64,000 nucleotides of DNA from Camelus ferus. Taxonomy: Eukaryota. A model generated the notes under the pieces. It made no database searches. It was not told where the DNA came from and worked only from the letters and a program-made list of their open reading frames with translations. A program made the position numbers and the translations under genes. The stretch spans positions 42,718,001 to 42,782,000 of the forward strand of contig NC_045702.1 in assembly GCF_009834535.1 (NCBI RefSeq). The letters run 5' to 3'. Each line of letters starts with the position of its first letter. Position 1 is the first letter of the stretch. Shown piece after piece: positions 37,569 to 50,700 of the stretch.

Positions 37569-38004
37569 GCCCAGATTCCAGTTGAGCCAGAAATGTTCTG
37601 TGATAAATCAAAGGAGCTTGATTGCCCTTTGAGGGCTCACTCTCTACTTTGTAACAGAAGAATCCATCCAATGATGGCAATGTGAACTGAGTACTCAATT
37701 AAAAATTAAGTTTGTGATAGTGAGATTGATTTTGACATTTTATTTTTAAAATGAGTCCTTGGTCCTAAATGACAATAGGGGATAAATAGGAGTGTTCAGT
37801 AAAGTGTTTCTGCCATTCATTGTTTGCATATATTTATATGTACTGTGTATTTTCTTAAATAGAAGCTTCGTAAAAATGAATGCATTGGCAGAAATGTTCA
37901 TGTAAAATTAGATTTTGCAGAGTTTGATTTAAAAAATGGTAGTCCAAGGGAGCAATATTATGAAGCAGAAGTCAGCATCTGCATTTTAAGATCTCATCAT
38001 GGCA

Positions 38005-38255
38005 GTAATGATAATAACATTTTTTTTTCTGAGTGCTGGCTATGGCCAGGCTGTTCTAAGTGCTTTACATTTAATCCTTACAAAACCCCACATATGCTGC
38101 AAGTATTATTCTTATTCCCATTTTACAGGTAGGAATACTGAGGCAAAAAGTTTACACAACTTCCCAAGACTGCCAAGTTAGTACTGTGCAGGAGTTTGAA
38201 CCGAGGCATTTTGGTTTCAGAGCTCTCATTCTGAACCCCTATATTCCATGCTGCC
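38005..38255 (-). mobile_element. MIR SINE, near full length
   Basis: ctgttctaagtgctttacatttaatccttacaa...cccattttacaggtaggaatactgaggca...ggagtttgaaccgagg. Confidence 0.9.
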
Positions 38256-38339
38256 CACAGGATCAATGGAATGGTTTCTTTCTTAATGCACCAATCTGAC
38301 AAGACAGGAAGATATGCTCGGATATTAAATACCAAGTGA

Positions 38340-41300
38340 AATTTGGAAACCCAGAGAAATAGCTGAGCACTGCAGGCCGACTTTCACCTTACACGTGTTC
38401 TTAGGTTTTTATAACCTCCAGGGCCACAGAAAGCAAAATCTTGGACCCACCCAAGTTGGGTGGTATAATTAGTGAAGGCTTCTCCCACCAGGGAAATGGA
38501 ACTGCTCAGCTGCATTTCTCTTGGTAATAGCAAGCTAGAGGAAAAAGAAAGAATAGATTCCTCTAAGGAAAATTGTCTGACTTGAACTTTAGAAATACGT
38601 TGAGAAGCAAAAAATAAATCTGCTCAGAAAATGTGTAACTTCAAGGTAGCTCATGGGTTTACAGCTGGAATTTACACTAGCTGGAGTTGTCAGAAAAGCA
38701 TCAGCTAAGAATTAAGTGATACTAGGTTGGCAGTCCCTCCCAGCACCTAGCAGAAGCAATGCAGATTCTTTGTGGAGGAGCTCACCTTAATTTGAACACA
38801 AAGAACCCTCACAGAGAGTTTCTAAAACACATTAGCTCCCATTCAGAAATCTCAGAACACAAGAAGACAAGTCGTCACGAAATAGAGACAGCAGAATCAA
38901 CCTGCAGAGACTTTAGATACTGCAGTATATAAAATAAGTATGTTTTATGTGTTGAAAAATGGAAGAAGAGATTGGAAGTACGTCTAAGGAGCAAGACTTA
39001 ACAAAAAATTTTGAGAAAGAGGCAAGTATAATTTTTATAAGTAAAAATACGGTAATTGAAATTAAAAGCTCAAAAAGTAGCTTAATGACAGATTAAACAG
39101 AATTGAAGAATTAGTAAATTGGAAGATAAATTGTATAAAGTTTCCAGAAAATAGTACTGTAGGACAAAAAGACAGACCATATAGAAGAAAGGCTAAGAGA
39201 CAAGGAGAATAGTGAATTTTCCAGAAATGATGAAAAATACCAGTCCACAGATTCAGGATACCCAGTAAATCTCAAACAAGATTAAATTTTTAAAAGAGAT
39301 TCATACCTGGATAGGACATAGTAAAACTGCTGAACACCCTGAACAAGAGACAATCTTAAGCAGTCAGAGAGAAACAACAGCTTCTGAAAGAATAACTCAG
39401 CAGTTCAATAAATAGCAATGGCAGAAGCAGAAAATAGTGGAACAGTGTCTTTCACAAGCTGAGAGAAAATCACAGTCAACCTGTGATTGTGTGCCCAGCT
39501 AAATCTATCAAAAATGAGAATGAGATAAAGCAATTTCTACGCCAGTAAGAAAGAGAAGGTTTGTCATCAGCAGATCCTCGTGAAAGCAGTTTCTAAATTA
39601 TGTATTTTGCAAAGAAAGAAAGAGCTCTCAAATAAGATCAGGGTTAAAAGGAAGGAGCAAAAATCCAACCTGGTGAATGTGGGGGTAAATCTGAACCTAT
39701 ACTCACTTTCTTATGAGCTTGGGGAAAAAAAAAGTATGTGTCAGAAATAGCATATCAGTCATGAGGTGATTAGATCTAACATGTTATTTGGGAGGAAGGT
39801 TAAAAAATTGCTAAATTTAAGTTTTCAAATTTTAAATTATATTTTTAAATTGAGATACTTTCCACATTATGTATACATTTTACTATTTCTAGAATAACCA
39901 TTATATGATTAGAAACAAAGTTTTTAGCTTTCAAACTAGCAGAGGGGGCAAAAAGAGATAAAATAGTTGATCAATTCAAAAGTAAAAGAACCATAGGAAT
40001 AAGTAAGAGACAAATAGCACAAAATAGGATGATAGAAGCAAATCCAAGTATAACAGTAATTATATTAAATGTAAATAGATAAATTACTTTAGCTAAGAGA
40101 CAAAGATTAACAGACTGAGTTTTTAAGAATTCTAGCAATATTCAATTTACAAGAGTCAGAACTATAACATAAAGATACCAAAAGATTGAAATTAAGAGTA
40201 TGTAAAATTACATGCTAGGCAGAGTTCTGCTAAAAGAAAGTTGTCATAGTAATAATGGAATTTAAGGCAAAAAGTATTATTAGTAATAAAAAAAGATGGT
40301 ACCAAGTACAATTTCTCAGAAACACGAAACAATTCTAAACTTTTATATACTTAATACATAATATGACTTCAAAATATAGAAAATAAAAATTATTGAAATC
40401 ACAAGGAAGAATAAATCAATTCATTATCATAAGGGGAGATTTTAACATCTCTCTTTCCCCTTTCTCAGTAATTAGGCAAGAAATCAGTAACACAACAGTT
40501 AATGTTAAACTTGAGGCAAAAGACATAAAGAATGCTATACCCAGCATTTGAAGAATACCCACTTTTTAAGGACCCTAAAATACTTAAGAAAGTTGACTAC
40601 AATTAAAATATTGAGGAAACCTGTGCTTTCAACAAATTTGAAAGGACTGTCACTATACAGACCAAATTGTCTGCAATTAAATTAAAACCCAGTAATAAAA
40701 ACTAACTAGAAAAAACCTCGTATGTTTGAAAATTATGAAGCATGCATTTGAATAAATCACAAGACAAAGCAGACAGTATGGAAATTATAAAATATTTATA
40801 AATAATGAAACATTGCATATCAAAACTTGTGGGATGCAGCTGAATGGTACTCAGAAATGTATACTTACATGCTTATTTTAGATCTATTGAAGAAAGGCTG
40901 AGAATTAATGAGATTCCTGAAATGTATTCCTTCTTTCATATTTTGGTGGTTCTACTTCCTTGACTGGTAGGCATCCATCCTAAGTTAGAAAAAGAACCAC
41001 AGAAAATAGAAGGATGGAAATAGTGAAATAAATGCAAGAATTAAAGGAATTTTTTTTTTAATTTGCACTAGGGAGGAGGGTGTATAGCTCAGTGGTAGAG
41101 TGTATGCTTAGCATGCACGAGGTCCTGGGTTCAATCCCCACTACCTCTGTTAAAAAAATAAACCTAATTGTCTCCCCCCCGCAAAAAAATTTTTTCTCTT
41201 TAATTTTACACTAGACAGGATCAAGAAAGCCAAAAGTTGGTTCTTTGAAAAGATTGGTAGAGTTGACAATCTTCTCCCAAGATTGATTGAGGAAACAAAA

Positions 41301-41560
41301 AGAGAACAGCCATAAATTAGCAATAGTAAAGGGAAAACTACATATCTACAGTCAGGGCAGAGATTTAAATCTAATGAGAGAATGTTTTGAACAAATGTAA
41401 GGCCAGTACATTTAAAGTCTTAGATGAAATGGACAAATCCTTAACTTACTAAAACTGACTCAAGAAACTACAAAAAGCCTGAATAGCCCATAACCATTAA
41501 ACACAGGAGTCAAAATCTCTTCATAGCAAAAATGCCAGGCCCAGATGTTTTTACTGATTA
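38340..41560 (+). mobile_element. Ancient L1M (ORF1 and ORF2 endonuclease region), decayed
   Basis: A-rich; ORF1-like gtaaaactgctgaacacc and gtcaacctgtgattgtgtgcccagctaaa; ORF2-like attatattaaatgtaaat, gggagattttaaca, aaaacttgtgggatgcagctgaa, ccaggcccagatg; no intact frame. Confidence 0.8.
41071..41189 (+). mobile_element. Vic-1-type SINE, full length (tRNA-Ala-AGC-like head 41078-41149)
   Basis: A box tagctcagtggtagag, B box gggttcaatccc, tail aaataaacctaattgtctccccccc plus A run; imperfect TSD tttaatt(t)Rcactag. Confidence 0.92.
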
Positions 41561-42899
41561 GGGTGGTTGAGGAGGGAATGAAATAATACATACAGTGTTG
41601 TGATCGTACTTGATACAGTAATGCTTAACAAACTTTAGCTGTTATCACCATTGTATTCACGAGTTTCATTGGTGAGGCCTCCCTTTAGTCTGTACGAGGT
41701 CTACAGGTAGAGTGTAAAATGTCTGTAAATCTCATAGAGGCAGACACGTTGATTAAAGTCATGAAAATATTTTTCTCCAATGTATTTTTACAATAATAAG
41801 GATGAAATCTTCCTTATACTACCAGTTTATCTATTTAGCACTTTTTTTTTTTTTTAAACCAGGACATGGGTCACCAGTAAAATTCAACCTATCCATCCTT
41901 GGTAAACCCCTCTTTAGTGCACGGTAACCGCTGGACTTTGTAACCTCAGCCATGAGGGTCACAGCACAATGGTTCACTAGGAACCAGCTTTCATTGTACT
42001 TTGTATTGTTGAGAAACTGAGGAAAATGGCCAAATTAATGTTTTTTTTTTTTCCCCAAATGTTCCAGAACAGATTTAGTGACTTTAACATTGTAGTACAG
42101 TCTAGAATAGCAGCTCAAAATCCTATCCCTTCAAGGCACAAAACACTCCATAGGCATTTATTCATAAAGGATAATGCAAGTTGTCCTCACGTAAGAGGTA
42201 GTGTATTCTGAAGTGTCACTGTAAGTTGTTTATGGAGTCCTGGAGATATGGAGCTGCAGACTTGGGGAAGGGTCTCCGGAGCAGGGGGACAAGAGTGTGC
42301 ACTAGGAATTGTTAGGATGAGAAAGACAGAGAGAAGGGTAGGACTCAGCCACCCTGGTTATTATTGCCAGATAGTAATCTGAGCCTCATCGGAGGATAAA
42401 GCTGGGGAACTCTCCCAATTTCATAAGCTGTGTTTGCTTTTAGTTTAATCCACGAGTTTGGCACTTGTGATATGGTGGACATGATTCTTATGGAGTGAAA
42501 TGTTTGGAATGATTTCTTCTTCTGTGAAATTTCATGCTCACATTCAGATAATACATTCAGTCCAGCCTAAAACGTTCCTTTTTTCTTTTTTGCCAAAATA
42601 GTATAAGACATGAAGCTGCCTTCAACATATTGCTGCCCTTTGAGTCTTGCAGTTAATTTTTATGCGTTAAAGACTTGCACTCCCAGGAGCCCCATCTAAC
42701 GTGGAGCCGTTCTCTAGTCATGTGCATGTGGTGTGAATTGCCTCCTTTCACTAATTAGTGCTCATTAAGGCATATTGCATGCTCCAGTTTTTTTTTTTTT
42801 TTTAAGAGAGACTCTCTAAATAATACTCTCTGGACCCCTTGACCATGTACCCTTCAGTATCTCACTAGATATTTATAGAACCCCAACTTTGTGAGGCTC

Positions 42900-43270
42900 T
42901 GAGCTGAGTGCTTCAGAGGATACGGTGATCAGTTAATATTCTCTCTGCTCGTGGAAATTTGGAGAAGGGAGGAGGTAGGGAAGAAGGAATAATATGCACC
43001 AGAGTGTAGAGGGGGAGGGGAACCTGCATAGGCGGGGCTGGGGGACAGTGGGGACCAGGGCCGGAGTGTGTTGGGACAGTGCGCATGGCTGCCACCGGGT
43101 CGGGGGTGTGCGTGATAAACTGCTGAGCCAGTAGGGGTATTTAACCTGGGGTATGATTTGACCAGATTTGCATTTTAAGAAGTTTTTCTGTTAGTGATGC
43201 ATAAAGGAAATTGGAAGGGAGAGAGACTAGAAGTTGGAGAGGTCAGGTCGTTGCAAAAGTTTAGCGAAGA
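42900..43270 (-). mobile_element. L2 fragment
   Basis: gatttgaccagatttgcattttaagaag...ggaagggagagagactagaagttggag. Confidence 0.6.
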
Positions 43271-43385
43271 AAAAACCCAAAGGGAATGAATTGGAGCCAT
43301 CCCCCATTACTTATTAAGTCTATGCTAGGAACTTTTAAAATTTAATGTTTCAAAATCTTACTGACATTAAAAAAAGAAAAAAATC

Positions 43386-43670
43386 TTATTGACGTAAAAT
43401 ACAGAAATCCTAAGTGTATCCAACTTATTTTTACAAATGTATGTTACATATATCCTCATGTGAGCACCATCTAGACTGAGACAGAATGTTACCAGCGCTA
43501 TATTTGGGACTTTTAACTCAAAATGCAGAGTGGGCACCATTTGCTGTAGCCTGTTAGGGAAGGATGGTGGGCAAGTCCACGGGAAATCCCACCTAGCGCC
43601 AGCAGACTTGTCAGCTCTCCAGTCCATCTCCCTCCCCTTCCTCACTGAGCAGCCAGTTGCTACATTAACC
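43386..43670 (-). mobile_element. Ancient L1M (MC/MD-like) 3' end
   Basis: cttattgacgtaaaatacag...ctaagtgtat...cctcatgtgagcaccatctagactgagacagaatgttaccagc. Confidence 0.5.
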
Positions 43671-45051
43671 AGACAGCAGGAAGAAAGGCAGACTGTGTCT
43701 CCCAGAGTCTGCACCTCTTCCTGAGTTAACTTTTTAAGTGGGATACACGAAGCACATTTACCCTAATGGCCCCAAACATGAGAGAGTCACATTTTACACC
43801 AAGCCCTGGGTTTCCTAAAGGGAAACAGTAGAAATATTTACAAGTAGCTTTAGTGTGGCCAGAACATACCTAAACAAACCACAAATAGAGAGTCTGTCAG
43901 CCAGTGCACGAGGGGAGGGGGTCACTGGGTCTCCGGTGTGACCAGGGAGCAGGAGGCCCCAGGTCAGTGCGGTTTGCTGTCTCCTCTCAAAGTAATTGTG
44001 CAGTGTTCTCTTTAGACACAGGAAGGGACCCATTTTTTTCCACTGCTGATAACTGCGTTGCCATAGACCAGTTAAATGTGTGTGTATTAGTTGTGAAAGA
44101 CCACCAGGATTTGTCAAATTTAAAAGCAGAGGTTTCTTTAAGTTGTATTTATTCAGCTTCTGTAACTATTGAGTGGTCTATTTTATACCGAGGCAAATAG
44201 GAAAGGTTAATTGAGCATCAGAGTAGTGTTTTGTGTATTTCAGTATATACAAGAATATATACTCTGGCAAATCGAATTTGGAGCTTTTGTCTTCCTTAAC
44301 TCACTGGTTGATGGCACTAAAGTTTACTTTTCAAAATGGATTTGGGAAGTGTATTTTGGAAAGGCAGGTAAGGAAAATCAGAAAAACAAAGGATTACATT
44401 GATTCCTACCCTAATTGAAGAAACTGAATTTTAATTCTCAGAGAAGCCTAAAGCCTAGTGGCTTTCCTTTTTCCTCTTTATTTTTGCGTCATTCAACAGA
44501 TAAAAATAAATTAATTCAGAGCTGCTGTGGATGAAGATTGGGTGGGAAATGTGAGCATGGAAAGGTCCCAAGAAGTCCTCTAGCATCTTCCCAGGTGTGA
44601 ATGGATTCCCCTGGGTCTTCTCAGCCTCCTCACGTTCTTTCCCCTCCATTCCACTCCTTCGCTAAAAACTCAGTTGGTGGTGTGAATGTTAAAAAAGCTG
44701 TTTCATTTCAAACTCTTATCTGTTGAAATCTGTCATCTACGATCAAAGCATATTTTGGATCTTTGGGATGCTTTTGCTATTAATGGGAGATAGGAAAATA
44801 CCACTTTATGTACTGTTTTCTTTTGCTAGCTAACCGAACAGGAAATTTCTTCAATTACTTACTGAATGTACCCCTGAAGAAGATTTTCTCCTAACTATAA
44901 TTGTATAATCTTACCCAAATCAATGCATTTAATTGAGAGACCTAGAGTTGAAAGTATAACAAATGTCAGATGCAGTACATTGATTCTCTCAGGAATGTGT
45001 TCTGGTATCAGGACAGATCATTTTTGTTAGTTTCTGGTCTACCTTTAAAAA

Positions 45052-46183
45052 GAACTCAAATGAATTAATGACATAAAACTGCTAGAAGAAAACAGGAGAA
45101 AAGCTTTAGGACTTTGGATTTGGCAACTATTTCTTGGATATGACCACAAAGGTATGGGCAACAAAAGCAAAAACAGAAATGGGCTACATCAAATTTAAAA
45201 ACTTCAAAGGAAAACACTCAACAAAGTGAAAAGGCAACCTATGGAGTAGAAGAAAATGCAAATTGTATATCTGATTAAGGAGTTAATATCCAGAATGTAT
45301 AAAGAACTGCTACAACTCAACAACCACAAAACCCTATTGAAANNNNNNNNNNNNNNNNNNNNNNNNNNNNNNNNNNNNNNNNNNNNNNNNNNNNNNNNNN
45401 NNNNNNNNNNNNNNNNNNNNNNNNNNNNNNNNNNNNNNNNNNNNNNNNNNNNNNNNNNNNNNNNNNNNNNNNNNNNNNNNNNNNNNNNNNNNNNNNNNNN
45501 NNNNNNNNNNNNNNNNNNNNNNNNNNNNNNNNNNNNNNNNNNNNNNNNNNNNNNNNNNNNNNNNNNNNNNNNNNNNNNNNNNNNNNNNNNNNNNNNNNNN
45601 NNNNNNNNNNNNNNNNNNNNNNNNNNNNNNNNNNNNNNNNNNNNNNNNNNNNNNNNNNNNNNNNNNNNNNNNNNNNNCAGGGTTTTAAAGAGATATTTGC
45701 ACACACACATATATTGCAGCACTATTCACAGTAGACGAGAAGTGGAAGCAACCCAAGTGTCCGATTAATGGATAAAGANNNNNNNNNNNNNNNNNNNNNN
45801 NNNNNNNNNNNNNNNNNNNNNNNNNNNNNNNNNNNNNNNNNNNNNNNNNNNNNNNNNNNNNNNNNNNNNNNNNNNNNNNNNNNNNNNNNNNNNNNNNNNN
45901 NNNNNNNNNNNNNNNNNNNNNNNNNNNNNNNNNNNNTCTTCTCTACTTCTGATTTAAAGTAATCAAAATCATAGAATCAGGAAGTGGGAAGTTGATTGCC
46001 AAGAGCTGGGGAGAGGGGAGAGGAGGGATTACAGCTTAATGGATACTGAGTTTCAGCTTTGCAAGACGAATACTAGAGATCTGTTGCACAGCAGTGTGAA
46101 TGTACCTAACGCCACTGAACCGTACACTTAAAATCGGTTGAGATGATAAATTTAATGTTATGTGTTTTTTAATACAATAAAAA
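45052..46183 (+). mobile_element. L1MB-like 3' region with two N gaps (45343-45677 and 45779-45936)
   Basis: aaaactgctagaagaaaac...ttcttggatatgaccac...aaggagttaatatccagaatgtataaagaactgctacaactcaac...gcaacccaagtgtcc...cactgaaccgtacacttaaaa. Confidence 0.9.
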
Positions 46184-46766
46184 GTCTATACTCGTCACTG
46201 TTTCTTGGGGTAAAAATGATTCCTCCTCTTTCTGAGTGTCCTGTATTCTAAGACTGAGAGTCTTAGTGTGATTTTTGCAAGTTTGATTTTAACATCCTGA
46301 CTGATCAGCACTTCAAGTCATCTCAAGTGACACAAAGCTGCATGTCGCTTTGCTCTCCTTGTGAAACTGGAGAGATGAGGAGGGTTTTGTTTGTTTCTGA
46401 ATCTGTTACACATTCCCGCAGTTAGTGCTGTGTCAAGTGGCTTCATCGTTGTTGGACGAGGCCAAAGAAGCCACTCATAGGTGAGGGCTTAGAGAGTGGG
46501 TTACACATCTGTGTGCAATGTTCACATTCCCTGATGTAAAGTGACTGTCAGTAGGGATTGCTTTCTCCCAAAAGTTTTTAGCTTAGATTTTTATGCTGGT
46601 ATTTCAATTATTGAATTATCAAATTGATTCCAGAAACTCAAATAAAATGAAAATGAAGTGGCAGCAAAAAAAGTATGTGGTTTCCTTGGTGCTGTTCAAC
46701 TCAGGAGGGGGGAGCACCCAATTTTTAATACGAGCAGTTTACAGCCACTCATGGTTAAATGGTTTA

Positions 46767-46946
46767 NNNNNNNNNNNNNNNNNNNNNNNNNNNNNNNNNN
46801 NNNNNNNNNNNNNNNNNNNNNNNNNNNNNNNNNNNNNNNNNNNNNNNNNNNNNNNNNNNNNNNNNNNNNNNNNNNNNNNNNNNNNNNNNNNNNNNNNNNN
46901 NNNNNNNNNNNNNNNNNNNNNNNNNNNNNNNNNNNNNNNNNNNNNN
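46767..46946. other. Assembly gap (180 N)
   Basis: N-run. Confidence 0.99.
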
Positions 46947-47597
46947 GGAGGTGTGCACAAGGTTAATATTTTTTCCTTTAAACATCACATGAGGCCTGCC
47001 CTCGGAGTGAACCTGCCATTTCAAAGATTCAGTGCATCAGCTCCTAAACAGAAAAAAATGACAGTATTTTTTTTCTTTTCTACCAGGCCACCCTAGACTG
47101 TTTAGTTTCTGTCACTAAATCACATGGTAGGTTTTCTAATGCCCATCTAGATTGATTTTAGGTGTGATTTCTTTCCTTGTGATTTTTGTTACTCTCAGTT
47201 GCTAGTTGATTTTAATTGTCCTTATTTGCAGGCTTTAAATATTAATGGACTATGTCATTTACAACACTCTTTGTGGCACCGACCTGTATAGGGTGTTTAC
47301 ATATGAATCCCAGGACATTTTTTCAGCTGTAGGGCATGAGGGGGTTTGTTTGGGAGATTTGTTGGTTATAAGTAAAACAGATGAAGAGTAAGCAAAAGGA
47401 GCTGGAAAAAATAGTATTCAGAGATCAGTTTGAGGAGAAAATGTAGAATTTTATTAGATTAGCTATATTATTTATAGTAAGTAAATATTATTTATTTAAA
47501 ATATAACAGTAGTTAAAAAAAAAAAAACAGTCATAATGTCTCTCTCGGAAATTGTCCCAGAGAGTCAGTAACAAAAGGAAGCATATAGAAAATACTA

Positions 47598-47643
47598 GAG
47601 GGGTGGGTATAGCTCAGTGGTAGACTGCATGCTTGGACATTTT
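47598..47643 (+). mobile_element. 3'-truncated (tailless) Vic-1/tRNA-Ala 5' half
   Basis: gaggggtgggtatagctcagtggtagactgcatgcttgg stops near the anticodon loop; flanked by 9-bp direct repeat AAAATACTA. Confidence 0.75.
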
Positions 47644-47659
47644 AAAATACTACTCTTTA

Positions 47660-48165
47660 TAACTGTTTTTATTGTTGTTTGAGATACAATTCGTATACCA
47701 TAAAATTCACCCTTTTAGAGTGTACAGTTCGGTGTTTTTCAGTATATTCACAGAATTGTGCAGCCATAAGCACTAACTTCAGGACATGTTCGTCACCTCC
47801 AGAAGACACCCCTGCCTCTTAGTAGTCACTTCCCCTTCACTTCTGTCCTCAGCCCTTGACAGCCACTAACCTACTTCCTTTCTTTCTGTATTTGCCTACT
47901 GTAGACATGTCCGATACATGGAAGCCTAGGACCTGTGTCCTTGTTTTATCTGGTTTCTTTCACTTAGCTTGTTTTCAGGGTTCGTACTTGTTGTAACACG
48001 AATCAGTATTGGATTCCTTTTTGTAGAGCTCAGTGATATGCCATTGTTTGATTATGCCGCTTTTTCCCCATTCATCCATCGATAGACATTTGGGTTATTT
48101 CCACCTTTGGGCTATTGTGGGTAACGATGCTGTGAACATTCACCTACGGTTCTTTGTGTGAACAT
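47660..48165 (-). mobile_element. L1MB-like 3' end
   Basis: gagatacaattcgtataccataaaattcacccttttagagtgtacagttcggtg...gacatttgggttatttccacctttgggctattg. Confidence 0.88.
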
Positions 48166-48690
48166 TTTTTAAACTTTGAGTTCAAGAGTAAAATCATAAG
48201 TAGATGTCATATTTAGAAGGTGTACTGGGTATGAGAACACTCCATACAGAAACCCACATACTGTGGCCAAAGCAATTTTTAATGCAGAAGTTATAGTCTT
48301 AAAGATTTTTTTAAAAAAACTTAGAAGTGCTGAAAATAAGTAAACTATGTATTCAGATCAATACTGGAGAGAACAATAAAATTAACCAAAAAGTCAAATA
48401 ACATGAATAAGAACTATAAATTCAGAAATTATATAAAACAAGATTAAAGAAAAAGTCTGAGTTGATAAAAAAAATTAGAAACCATTTTTTAAAAAACACT
48501 GATAAAATAAGGAACACCTCTGGCAAGTTTAATTGGGGAAAAGAAGGAAAGACAGTCAAAGGTTTACAGGCATTTTCTGTGCACTTAGCTTTTTAGTAAC
48601 GAATTTTAAATTTTAAATATTTGCAAATTGTCAAAATTGACTAAGGAGGAGCATATGAATACAAAATGACCAAGGAAGAAAATTACTCTT

Positions 48691-48733
48691 CCATCATCCA
48701 TCCATCCAACCATTCATCCTTCCATTTCCATCC
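48691..48733. repeat. Degenerate (CCAT)n simple repeat
   Basis: ccatcatccatccatccaaccattcatccttccatttccatcc. Confidence 0.8.
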
Positions 48734-50484
48734 TAACCAACTATCTAATTCTTTTTGAAAAGTAGCTGATCTCCTCCCTCCGAAATACCAGGTACAGATT
48801 TTGGTGGTCCTGGTAATTTGTATGCCTCCAAAGCATAGATAAAGACAGGAAGCAAACAGGTTTATCCTACAAACCAGCTTAAGTTGTGTAACCTAAATCA
48901 GACAAGAATGTGACCAAGAAAATGTGGAACCATCTCACTTGTCAATACAGGTGCAAAGTACAACAAAATACCAAAAACAAACAAACAAAACAAAGAAAAA
49001 ACCACCATGATGTTGTAAGCTTAGCCTAGAAAGGTAAGGATAATCCAATATTAGGAAACTGGTATGATTCACTAAGATAATAAGGTAAAATGCTAAAACC
49101 CATATGATCATGTCTATGATAAGTATCAGAAGTAATCAGTTAAAAGCAGTAAAACTTCATTAAGATCAATTCATCGTTAGATTATGAATCAACCAAAATG
49201 AGTATTTTCCCATATGATAGCATTAACCACATATACAGTATTATGGGAAAAAGTTACCTCTCACAATTGCATCACAATCTATAAAAATATGAACGTAAAA
49301 TTAACAAAAAGTGTATAAGAGACAAGCATTAGAACTTTACTGAAGTACATGAAGAGATGTTGATAAATGGACATACAACCCGCTTCTGGCTAGGAATTCA
49401 GTGCTATAAAGTAAGTTTTCTCCAAATTAGTGTAACACATATGCAATTCCAATAAAATCCTGATAGAATTTCTTTTTAAAGCTTGACAAATTGCTTCTAA
49501 AGTTTATACAAAAGAATAAATAAGCAAAAATGGCCTAAAAATATATTTTAAAAGAAACAGTTTTTGGGAATTTGCCCTACTAGAGTTTAAAACGTCATGG
49601 AAAATCTGTAAATAGGTCCATCTGTACCTGAGAATTTAATGTATGATGAAGATAAAACTTTCATATCAGTAGGAAAGGATGGGCTATTTAATATATAGTG
49701 TTAAGTCAACTGGCAATCTCTTTGGGAAAAGATACAGCTACATCCCTATTTCATGCCACACACTACATTTCAAATCTATAAAATTCTAGAAGAAAATAAA
49801 GCAGTATATTTTATAGTTATGGAGAAAGCCTTTAAAAGCATGACAAGAAGCCCTGAAGCCTTAAAATATCTAACAAATTCAGTTTCATGAAATTATGGTG
49901 AAAGAAGCTATAAACAAAATTAAAATGTGGATAGCCAACTGGGAGAAAACACATGAAACTGTAACAGGTAAAGTGTTAATATTCAAAATTTATAGAAAGC
50001 TCCCACACATCAGTAAGGAAGGACAATGAAATAGGAAAGTGTAGGGGTGATATGAACACTGGCATAAGAAATACAGACAGCTAATAAACTTACCTTCACC
50101 TTCATGTATCCTCAAGGAAAACGACTATTGGATTCAATTTTCATCTACCGGACTGCCAAAAATTACAGGGACTGATCACGCCTGGTGCTTGGGAAGGTGA
50201 GAAGAGAAGGGCCCTCTTACTGGAAGCTGAGATTTGCATAGCCTATGTCTGAGAGTCCCGCCCATCCAGACTTAAAACATACTACTTTGACCTAGCAGTT
50301 CTGTTGTTGTAGTACAAAAATTCATCATAGGAATATTTACAAAAAAGAAAACTTGAGACACCCTACATCTCCCGCAAAAAGAAACAGGTTAATTAAATTT
50401 AGAGTATTCATTATGTGTAATACCCACGCGGCCATTCAGAAGAAGCTAGTTTCGGATAATTTGACATGGAAAGATGCTGTACGT

Positions 50485-50700
50485 CAGCATAATGGTTAGG
50501 AGCGCAGGTCTTGAAGCAGGCTCGTCATCGACAAGCTGGGTACTCTTACTCTACTTCTCTAACAGTTAGTTCGCCCATCTGTTTAAGTGGGGCCGTTCAT
50601 AGTGCTCACCTCCTCGAGGTTTTGTGGGAAGTAAATGGGATCTCCATGCATCCGCAGAAGTGGATGTAAAACATAGCACCACGGCTACGTAGTTGCTTGT
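50485..50700 (+). mobile_element. MIR nested in L1ME
   Basis: cagcataatggttaggagcgcaggtcttgaagcagg...cccatctgtttaagtgggg...ctcacctcctcgaggttttgtggg. Confidence 0.7.

Noticed and set aside
40913-40970. 58-bp pyrimidine-rich interruption within the L1 ORF2 remnant
   Set aside because: Origin not identifiable and no TSD; likely a small inversion or insertion in a dead repeat
41078-41149. tRNA-Ala(AGC) gene (anticodon at 41110-41112, G3:U70 retained)
   Set aside because: It has stem mismatches, the Vic-1 5' leader and tail, an A run and a TSD, so it is a SINE head and not a functional tRNA gene
15785-47096. ORFs with long X stretches (e.g. 15785-16339, 18826-19537, 22800-23478, 45204-45962, 46593-47096)
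   Set aside because: Artefacts of translating through N-runs
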